A stretch of 37,982 nt of DNA, taken from positions 1-37,982 of the forward strand of contig CAYQDG010000004.1 in the NCBI GenBank assembly GCA_964416245.1, read 5' to 3'. Below the pieces are notes generated by a model. That model was not told the origin of the DNA, made no database searches, and was given only the letters and a program-made list of their open reading frames with translations. Numbering within the stretch: the first letter of the stretch is position 1; each line of letters opens with the position of its first letter. Origin of the DNA: Candidatus Woesearchaeota archaeon (GTDB lineage: Archaea > Nanobdellota > Nanobdellia > Pacearchaeales > GW2011-AR1). A program made the position numbers and the translations under genes. Below, piece after piece: positions 7,738-14,735 of this stretch.

Positions 7738-7775
7738 TTAGCCCACCCAACCCTCCCAATTGTGCAAAATTTCTA
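7738..7775 (-). other. repeated intergenic element containing a canonical G-quadruplex motif (GGGAGGGTTGGGTGGG on the minus strand, 7742-7757)
   Basis: There are four G3 tracts with loops of 2 nt or less. The flanks TTAGCCCACCC...CCCAAT..TG.CAAAATTTCTA are shared with 34245-34283. Confidence 0.7.
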
Positions 7776-7843
7776 GATTTAGTTAAGGTAAAGCAAGTTT
7801 GGAAAGAGGTTTGTCAAAAAATATTTTAATCATTGAATAAAAA

Positions 7844-9283
7844 TTAATAACTCTTAGAGAAATACATAATTTCTTTTGCTTTTTTGTTACAGAAAGGACA
7901 GTTTCCTTCTGGTTTTTCTTTTTTTAGAAGAGTACAACGAGTTGAAGCCCCTGTTTGGTCTTTTATGTTTTCTTCACAAGATGTCTCTCCACACCAATTC
8001 ATTCTAATTAGTTTTTTATTTTTTATTGCTTCTTTAAATTCTTCAACTGTTGAAATATTTGTTATTTGAGATTTCATTCTTTCTTTTGCAGTTTCAAACA
8101 TTTCTTGTTGCATATTATATAATATTTTTTTGATTTCTTTTTTTAGGTTTTTTATTGGGATAGAAATTTTTTCTTTTCCTATTCTTGTTTTTATCATTAC
8201 TGATTCATTTTCTAAATCTCTTGGACCAATTTCTATTCTTAACGGAATTCCTTTAAGTTCATATTCTGAAAATTTATATCCTGGAGAATGATCTTCTGAA
8301 TCATCTAGGATTGGATTGAATGATTTCAATTGTTTTTCAATTTCCTTTGCTTTTTCTAAAACTTTTTTTTCTTTTCCTTTGAATAGGAGGGGAATTATTA
8401 CTAATTTGTTTTCTGCAACTTTTGGAGGTAATACTAATCCTTTGTTGTCAGAATGCAACATTACCAGTCCTCCAATTAATCTTGTTGACAATCCCCAAGA
8501 ATTTTGGAAAGGAGTGTGTTTTTTTTCATCTCTTCCTAAAAAAGAAATATTGAAAGCTTTTCCAAATCCTTGTCCTAAGTTATGTGAGGTTCCACATTGT
8601 AGGGCTTTTCCATCGGGCATGAATGCTTCTATTGTATATGTATGTGTTGCTCCCGCGAATTTTTCTTTATTTGATTTTTTTCCCACAAGAACAGGAATTC
8701 CTAAAAGTTCTTCAGCCAATTTTTGATATCTTTTTATTATTTCTATTGTTTCTTTTTCACATTCTTCATTTGTTTCATATACGTTATGTCCTTCCTGCCA
8801 CAAAAATTCTCTTGAACGTAAAAATAATCTTGTTGCTTTTGTTTCCCACCTAACTACATTGCACCATTGGTTTATTTTTAGAGGTAAATCTCTGTACGAT
8901 TGAATCCATCTGGAGTATGAATCATACATTATTGTTTCGGAAGTTGGACGTATTGCTAACCTTTCCCCTTCTCCTGTTAATTCTTTATCTATCCAGGCAA
9001 CTTCTGGAGAAAATCCTTCTGCGTGTTCGGCTTCTTTGTGAAAAAAGGATTCAGGTATGAAGATTGGAAAATAGGCATTTTTTATTTTAAGGGGCTTATT
9101 TATTGTTTTTTCAAAATGTTCTTTTATTTTTTCCCAAATTGAATATCCTCTTGGTTTTATTACCATACATCCTTTTACGGTTGAAAATTCAACAAGGTTT
9201 GATTTTAAGCAAACTTGTTCATACCATTCTGACATGTTTTCTTCTTTTTTTACAGTGATTCCTTTTTCTTCTTGCTTTGCCAT
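7844..9283 (-). CDS. proS: prolyl-tRNA synthetase, archaeal/eukaryotic type
   Basis: Class II motifs including RPTSET and FLRSREFLWQEGH, a C-terminal zinc-binding segment CGETSCE...CPFCNKKA, and the terminal Y typical of this type. Confidence 0.9.
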   Translation of the reverse strand: MAKQEEKGITVKKEENMSEWYEQVCLKSNLVEFSTVKGCMVIKPRGYSIWEKIKEHFEKTINKPLKIKNAYFPIFIPESFFHKEAEHAEGFSPEVAWIDKELTGEGERLAIRPTSETIMYDSYSRWIQSYRDLPLKINQWCNVVRWETKATRLFLRSREFLWQEGHNVYETNEECEKETIEIIKRYQKLAEELLGIPVLVGKKSNKEKFAGATHTYTIEAFMPDGKALQCGTSHNLGQGFGKAFNISFLGRDEKKHTPFQNSWGLSTRLIGGLVMLHSDNKGLVLPPKVAENKLVIIPLLFKGKEKKVLEKAKEIEKQLKSFNPILDDSEDHSPGYKFSEYELKGIPLRIEIGPRDLENESVMIKTRIGKEKISIPIKNLKKEIKKILYNMQQEMFETAKERMKSQITNISTVEEFKEAIKNKKLIRMNWCGETSCEENIKDQTGASTRCTLLKKEKPEGNCPFCNKKAKEIMYFSKSY

Positions 9284-9365
9284 GATTGTAATAAATAAAG
9301 AGGGTTTTTATTTATTTTGAATATGTTTGGATAGTTTTTTTAAAGTCGTTTCATTTAATATTCTA

Positions 9366-10100
9366 ATGAATAAAAAAGGTCAAGTTACTATTTTTGTTAT
9401 TTTGGGTATTTTGATAGTTGTTGCAGGAGTTTTATATTTTTCTTTTAGGGATGTTGTAGATAGTAGTGTTGGAGGTTTCTCTGGTTCAAATCAAGTTAAA
9501 GTTTTTGTTGATGAATGCTTTGAAGAAGTTTCTGAAGAAGCAGTTTATTTAGTTGGAGAAGGAGGAGGTTATTTTATTTCTGAGAATTTTTCTGAAGAAA
9601 CAGGATTTAATTATCATCTTTATGGGGAAGAAAATTATTTTCCTTCTTTAGAAACAATTGAAGAGGAAATTTCCTTGTATGTTGCTACAAATTTATTTTT
9701 TTGTATAAATGATTTTCAAGATTTTTCTGAATTTGAAATTAAATATGGTAAAATTGATGTTTCTACTGAGATTTTTAATGATTCCGTTGAAGTTGGTTTA
9801 GATTTTCCCGTTTCAGTAAGGAAGGGGGAAGAAGTTGTTAGGTTTGAAAGTTTTGATAAAATAATTATTCCTGTTCGGTTGGGAGAAATGCATTTTGTTT
9901 TAGATAAATTAATTTCTGAGGATTATTATGGGGAAAAGGGAATTTGTTTAAGTTGTATTGATGAACTTGTTTATGAACATAATTTTGTTTTTGAACATGT
10001 AGGTTTGGGAGAAGAAGATTTGTTTTTATTAATTGATTTTGAAAATAAAGAGACCGAAAAACCATACATGTTTGTTTTTGTAAATAGGAGGTTAAAATGA
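9366..10100 (+). CDS. type IV pilin-like protein with a class III signal peptide, unknown function
   Basis: With the ATG at 9366 the N-terminus is MNKKGQVTIFVILGILIVVAGVLYF. That is KKGQ plus a hydrophobic helix, the archaeal prepilin peptidase pattern. A TATA-like TTTTTTAAAG lies about 30 nt upstream. Confidence 0.5.
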   Translation: MNKKGQVTIFVILGILIVVAGVLYFSFRDVVDSSVGGFSGSNQVKVFVDECFEEVSEEAVYLVGEGGGYFISENFSEETGFNYHLYGEENYFPSLETIEEEISLYVATNLFFCINDFQDFSEFEIKYGKIDVSTEIFNDSVEVGLDFPVSVRKGEEVVRFESFDKIIIPVRLGEMHFVLDKLISEDYYGEKGICLSCIDELVYEHNFVFEHVGLGEEDLFLLIDFENKETEKPYMFVFVNRRLK

Positions 10101-11674
10101 AGTTTAATTTTTTGATTATATTTTTATTAATTTTTTCAATGTCTTTTTTGGTGGTAGCTCAGGAAGAAAGCAAAATAAGTGAATTGATTTCTTTTTTAGG
10201 AACTGATGAAAATATAACTGCTTCGGGTATTGATTGGGTCTCTCAAGAAACAAGTGAAAAAAAGGAAGTAACTATCAGTTTTACAGAGGAAGATTCATTT
10301 TTGAAAATTGCAAATAATACTTTTGAGAATATTCAGCCCAGTTCTGAAGAGCAAGATGCTTTTGTTAAGTTAAATAACGAGGGAAAAATAATTGGGGCGG
10401 ATTTTATGACAAATGAAGAAGGTGGAACATATAATTTTTTAGGAGAAGATATTTTTGTTCCAGCTAATTCTCAAGTTTTGTTTGATGGAAATCAATTAAA
10501 AATAAATGTTGCGGAAGGTTCTGAGTTTGAGGAAGGTACGAATTTATTTGATTTGGTTTTGAATGGAAGCAATGTTAAACTTCCAGGGGGGCAAATCTTA
10601 GATTCTGGTGAATTAAGTTATGATTCTAACGGGAATGCTTTTGTTGATAAAGGAAAAAATGCCAATATTGATGGGGTAAATATTTTTGCTAATAAAAAGT
10701 TGAATGTTGATTTTGAAGGGAAAAAAAGAGAGGGAAATTATATTTCTCTTGGGGAGGGGTTTTATTTTGGAGGTAGCAATAATCCTGGTGAAGTTGTTTT
10801 TGAGGGGGAAAACAAATATTTTAAGAATATGAAAGAAAATGATCGAGTTAAGTTTAGTTTGGGGGAAAAGGAATCGGAAATAAAAATTGTTCCAAATAAA
10901 ATTAAGAGTTATCCTGGTGTTTATTGCGAAAATGAATATTCTATTGAAACTGGCCAATTAACTTTTGTGTCAGATGGTGCAAGAATTTTTAAGAGAACGG
11001 ATTATGAGGGAGACATTCCTTCAGTGAGGATGGATATTTATTCTTCAGTTGGAGGGTATGATAGATTAATTAATATCGGTTCTAATTCAAATTATGCTTC
11101 TTTTATTGATGATGAAGGAATTCCAAAGGAGATTTCTAGATATAATAAATATTTAATTTCAAAAGGGGAAGAGATTAATAATAATGTTTATGATGCTAAA
11201 TATACAAATAGGAGTAATTTAGTTGGAATTGGCCAATATTTAAGTCAAGCTCAAGAAGTTGCTAAAAAAGAATTAATAAAAGAAAAACCTCATTGTGAAA
11301 GAATAATAAATGAAGCTTGTTCTATAAGGAATAATAATGAACTTGAAAGATATGTTTCTAATAATCCTGAAGCTCAAAATTGTTATTTGTCTGCTAGTAA
11401 AAGAAAAAAAGTTTTTGATGACAATGGTTATGAAAATTATGCTTCCTTTTTTGAATTTTATTCTATTCTTGAGGGTGTGACTTCGCCTACTTGGGGAACA
11501 AAAGAAGAGGCGGGACGAATAAATGAATTAAATATTGGGATAAGGGAAATTTGCAAGGTTTATGCAATTGGAGTTGCTGAAGAACAAGGGGAGCCTATTG
11601 ATTTATCCGTTATAAGTTCTTTTTTAGATGAGTTTTTAATAATTTTAAAATTATTGAATCAAGGTTTGATTTAG
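10097..11674 (+). CDS. secreted protein with a Sec signal peptide, unknown function
   Basis: N-terminus MKFNFLIIFLLIFSMSFLVVAQEE. The start overlaps the upstream stop as ATGA and is preceded by AGGAGGT. The body is beta-rich and the C-terminal part contains Cys residues. Confidence 0.6.
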   Translation: MKFNFLIIFLLIFSMSFLVVAQEESKISELISFLGTDENITASGIDWVSQETSEKKEVTISFTEEDSFLKIANNTFENIQPSSEEQDAFVKLNNEGKIIGADFMTNEEGGTYNFLGEDIFVPANSQVLFDGNQLKINVAEGSEFEEGTNLFDLVLNGSNVKLPGGQILDSGELSYDSNGNAFVDKGKNANIDGVNIFANKKLNVDFEGKKREGNYISLGEGFYFGGSNNPGEVVFEGENKYFKNMKENDRVKFSLGEKESEIKIVPNKIKSYPGVYCENEYSIETGQLTFVSDGARIFKRTDYEGDIPSVRMDIYSSVGGYDRLINIGSNSNYASFIDDEGIPKEISRYNKYLISKGEEINNNVYDAKYTNRSNLVGIGQYLSQAQEVAKKELIKEKPHCERIINEACSIRNNNELERYVSNNPEAQNCYLSASKRKKVFDDNGYENYASFFEFYSILEGVTSPTWGTKEEAGRINELNIGIREICKVYAIGVAEEQGEPIDLSVISSFLDEFLIILKLLNQGLI

Positions 11675-12535
11675 TTTTTCTTGGCTTATTTTGTTTATGC
11701 TTTCTTTTATTTTGTCTGATTCTAAAGCAAATCCGATTCCTTCGGTGTCAATCAATTTAAAATTATTTATTCCAATAACTTTTCCTTCTTTGTTTATCAA
11801 GGGTCCTCCGGAATTCCCTTTATTTAATTGAGCATTTGTTTGAATATAACTTGCAGAACCAAGAGAGCTTTGTCTTTGAGTTGCTGAAACGACGCCATCT
11901 GTAACTGAAAAGGTTAATCCCTCTGGATTTCCAATAGCAATAACTTTCTCTCCTATTTTGACATTGGCAGAATTTTCAAGTTCTAATTTCGGATAATTTG
12001 AATTTATTTTTAAAAGTGCAATATCTGATGAAGATTCAATTCCAATTAATTCTCCAAGATGAATTTGATTGTCGGAAGTTATTATTTGAATTAAATTATA
12101 AGTTTGATTATCTGAAGTTAAAAGTATATGCGAATTTGTTACAATGTATCCTGATTCATTTATGAAAAAACCTGTTCCTTGGCTGGACAAAGTTCTAATT
12201 ATTACTGTAGATTTTATTGCTTCTTCAACTATTCCAGAAAAATCTTCTATTATTCCTGCTTTTAGATAATCCATATCCGTTTTTACAGATTCTAAATTTT
12301 GACTCATTCCTTCTAAATCACTGGAAATTGCAGTTTTTGTATTGATCACATTAACTGCTAATTCATTTATTTTTTTGTTTGTTGTGTCCTCGATATTTTT
12401 AATTTCTTCTTTAAGTGCTTTGTTTTCCATTGTTTGTTTAACAATTATCCCATTCAAGATTAAAGTAATAACAATCATGAAAATTAAAACAAAGGTACCG
12501 AAACTTCCCAAAAATATTTTGTGGTGTTTTTTCAT
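11651..12535 (-). CDS. membrane-anchored HtrA/DegP-like trypsin-fold serine protease without a PDZ domain
   Basis: N-terminal TM helix and coiled coil, then the catalytic triad context TNSHIL, DIALLKI and GNSGGPLIN. Confidence 0.8.
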   Translation of the reverse strand: MKKHHKIFLGSFGTFVLIFMIVITLILNGIIVKQTMENKALKEEIKNIEDTTNKKINELAVNVINTKTAISSDLEGMSQNLESVKTDMDYLKAGIIEDFSGIVEEAIKSTVIIRTLSSQGTGFFINESGYIVTNSHILLTSDNQTYNLIQIITSDNQIHLGELIGIESSSDIALLKINSNYPKLELENSANVKIGEKVIAIGNPEGLTFSVTDGVVSATQRQSSLGSASYIQTNAQLNKGNSGGPLINKEGKVIGINNFKLIDTEGIGFALESDKIKESINKISQEKLNQTLIQ

Positions 12536-12603
12536 ATTGGATTGAATTAATAGAAATATATAAATCTAATCGGTATTTTTTATCTCGGAGTTTTATTAAC
12601 AAA

Positions 12604-12612
12604 TTATTTAAA
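12604..12612 (+). promoter_or_regulatory. TATA box candidate for tRNA-Arg
   Basis: TTATTTAAA at -33 to -25 from the mature tRNA 5' end. Confidence 0.4.
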
Positions 12613-12636
12613 TTCAATTTATCTTTATTTTTTATT

Positions 12637-12708
12637 GGGCTCGTAGTTCAACGGATAGAATAACAGGTTTCGGCCCTGTTGGTTCGGGTTCGAATCCCGG
12701 CGAGCCCT
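12637..12708 (+). tRNA. tRNA-Arg (anticodon UCG), no intron, CCA not encoded
   Basis: Hand-folded cloverleaf. Acceptor stem GGGCUCG/CGAGCCC, D stem GUUC/GAAU, anticodon stem ACAGG/CCUGU with loop UUUCGGC, T arm UCGGG-UUCGAAU-CCCGG. Confidence 0.9.
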
Positions 12709-12710
12709 TT

Positions 12711-13598
12711 TCATTCTATTTTTTTTATTGAAGATAAATCTCTTATTGCTTCAATAAAGGAATTGGTTTTTTTTGCTGGTTCACCTAATGAAAAAATTAT
12801 ATAATTTAATTCATGTTCTTTAGCTTTTTTATGTGCAGTAATAATATCTGCTTCTGTTAATCTTTTTTTATTGTAGGCCACCAAAATTTTTTCTTCTCCC
12901 TTTTCTTTTACTTTTAATGTTAAATGTCCTTTTGAAAAACCCATGATGTCTGTTATTTCCATTTGATTTTTTATTAAATTTTCTTTTACAGTATTAAAAA
13001 ATTTCTCATTTTTTTTCTCTTGAGATTTTCTTTTTGTTGAAGTTTTTTTCTTGGTAGTTTTTTTCTTTGTTATTTTTTCTTCTTTGGGTTTTTCTTCTTT
13101 TATTTCGGGTTTTTTTTCAGTTTCTTCTAAATGAATAATTTCTTTTGTTTCTTCCTTGGGTTTTTCTTCACTTAGTTTATATTCGTTTTCTTTTGATAAA
13201 AAATATCTCCAAATTATTTTATTTTCTTTTTCGAAAGGTTTTGCAAAATCTTTAATCGATCTTAGTGCTACTCTAATTGAGGGTTCTTGTTCTATATCAA
13301 CTAAAAATTTTTTTTCTTTTAATAAAAGAAATGCATCTTTTTCTTTTGATTTTAAATATTCTTGCGCATATTTTTCTAATTGTGCTTCTGTTCCTTCCAC
13401 ATAATATACGGGACTTCCTCCAACTTTCATGTTTGTTATTTTAATCCTTTTTTGAGAAAGTAATTCAGAAAGAAAAGCTGAACCAAAAATTGAATCCATC
13501 TTTATCTCTCTAGAAATTTGAACAGGCAAACTTGGCCCGTTTGTTTTTAGAAAATCCATAATTGATTCTTTTATTGGTTTGGTATCTTGTGTTGGCAT
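12711..13598 (-). CDS. hypothetical protein with an N-terminal winged-helix-like region, a Lys-rich linker and a C-terminal alpha/beta domain
   Basis: 295-aa ORF. The N-terminus (DFLKTNGPSLPVQISREI...GGSPVYYVEG) looks wH-like. A KKKTTKKKTSTKRK linker follows. The family assignment is not secure. Confidence 0.45.
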   Translation of the reverse strand: MPTQDTKPIKESIMDFLKTNGPSLPVQISREIKMDSIFGSAFLSELLSQKRIKITNMKVGGSPVYYVEGTEAQLEKYAQEYLKSKEKDAFLLLKEKKFLVDIEQEPSIRVALRSIKDFAKPFEKENKIIWRYFLSKENEYKLSEEKPKEETKEIIHLEETEKKPEIKEEKPKEEKITKKKTTKKKTSTKRKSQEKKNEKFFNTVKENLIKNQMEITDIMGFSKGHLTLKVKEKGEEKILVAYNKKRLTEADIITAHKKAKEHELNYIIFSLGEPAKKTNSFIEAIRDLSSIKKIE

Positions 13599-13793
13599 AT
13601 TAAGAAAAGGTTTGAGAATATTATAAAGGTTTTTAGTTGATTTGAATTTGATTATTTTGTTCGAGATTGAAATTTAATTATCGCAATTGGCGAGGGCAGA
13701 TATTTATATTATAAATTTTTTGATATATAAATTTAAGCAATTATTAAAATTAATTTTCTTTTTTTAATCAATTTATTTTTTAATATGGAAATT

Positions 13794-14480
13794 TCAAGGT
13801 TTAGTCCATTTAATTTCATAATAAGTTATTTGGTTTTCTTCATCGACAATTGCTAAAAGAACATTTTTGTTTGTTGAATGGGCCACTCTATTTTTTGCTG
13901 CGAATTCATGCCAGGTTGTTTTGTTGTTTTCTTGATCTGTGAAAACAATCCATTTGGAGTGTTCGGCACCAGCTTTTTTCCCTTTTTCATAAACTCTAAA
14001 TTCTGCTCCGAATTTTAGAGCAGTTTTTACAACATATCCTTTTATTCTTAAATCTTTGAATACTCCATATTTTATTGGAAATTTTTTATCAATTTTTGTA
14101 AATTTTTTCATGATTTCATCTGAATCCAAAATTTTATTATTTTGATAAATTTCCATTTTTCCGTTTTGTACTAAAAATAATCCTTCAGAAAGAGTATATT
14201 TTATTTTGTCTTCAACATGTTCTCCAAATGCAGATTCTTTGCAATACGAATAAGCTTTTTTTGAATTACTTGTTAAAGTATTTCCAATTAAATGTGTAAT
14301 TATTTCTTTTTCTGGATATTCTGTTTTTTCTTTTTTGTCTGAATTGCTTTTATCAGAAGTTTTCTTTTTTTTAGAAGAGATTTTCTTTTTAGAAGACTTT
14401 TTTGTTGTTGTTTTTTTCTTAGTTACAGGCTTTTTTTTACTTTTTGCTTTTTTGTCCTTCCCAAATATAAATAGTGTCAT
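13794..14480 (-). CDS. endA: tRNA-splicing endonuclease EndA with an N-terminal Lys-rich extension
   Basis: C-terminal catalytic domain YGVFKDLRIKGYVVKTALKFGAEFRVYEKG...AEHSKWIV...K. About 45 aa of KKKxxKKK precede a core of about 180 aa. Confidence 0.8.
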   Translation of the reverse strand: MTLFIFGKDKKAKSKKKPVTKKKTTTKKSSKKKISSKKKKTSDKSNSDKKEKTEYPEKEIITHLIGNTLTSNSKKAYSYCKESAFGEHVEDKIKYTLSEGLFLVQNGKMEIYQNNKILDSDEIMKKFTKIDKKFPIKYGVFKDLRIKGYVVKTALKFGAEFRVYEKGKKAGAEHSKWIVFTDQENNKTTWHEFAAKNRVAHSTNKNVLLAIVDEENQITYYEIKWTKP

Positions 14481-14544
14481 ATTATTAGATTGGGAATATT
14501 CTTTATAAGGTTTTTTGGAATTTTGAATTTGCTTAATATTCCTT

Positions 14545-14617
14545 CCCTCAAACTCTCACTTTGCTTTCTGAAACATTTGTGGTTGGGAGAAAGCAAAGTG
14601 TTCGCCCCGACCACCAG
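14545..14617. repeat. hairpin element copy 1: 13-bp perfect stem, conserved 18-nt loop and a TTCGCC..GACCACCAG tail
   Basis: Arms are 14557-14569 and 14588-14600. The loop is GAAACATTTGTGGTTGGG. About 64 nt are shared with 37828-37891 (about 5 mismatches). Confidence 0.85.
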
Positions 14618-14735
14618 TTAAATTCTTGAATTCCCCTAGATAGTCAATTAGCTTAAATCTAATTGTTATCTCTGCTGGGATTTTTAGCAAATTCATAACA
14701 AAAACCTATTAAAACTTTGATATTTTTATTTTTCT

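Noticed and set aside
7505-7759. 84-aa minus-strand ORF in the long spacer, starting MGGLGGL.
   Set aside because: It has a TTG start created by the G-quadruplex run itself. The homologous element at 34249 hits a stop after 6 codons, so the G-run is not conserved as coding sequence.
13670-13682. A 13-mer AAATTTAATTATC preceded by GTTCG is shared between 13657-13682 and 36251-36284.
   Set aside because: It is short and AT-rich, and resembles generic TATA/BRE-like promoter sequence. The similarity does not extend further, so chance or promoter convergence is the simpler explanation.
14597-14617. The GTGTTCGCCCCGACCACC tail resembles a tRNA T-loop plus an ACCA 3' end, so it could be a tRNA fragment, a split-tRNA half or an att site.
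   Set aside because: It has no A58-equivalent or proper T-stem, and no acceptor-stem complement nearby. The genuine tRNA-Arg 3' end (12680-12707) is not duplicated anywhere in the window.
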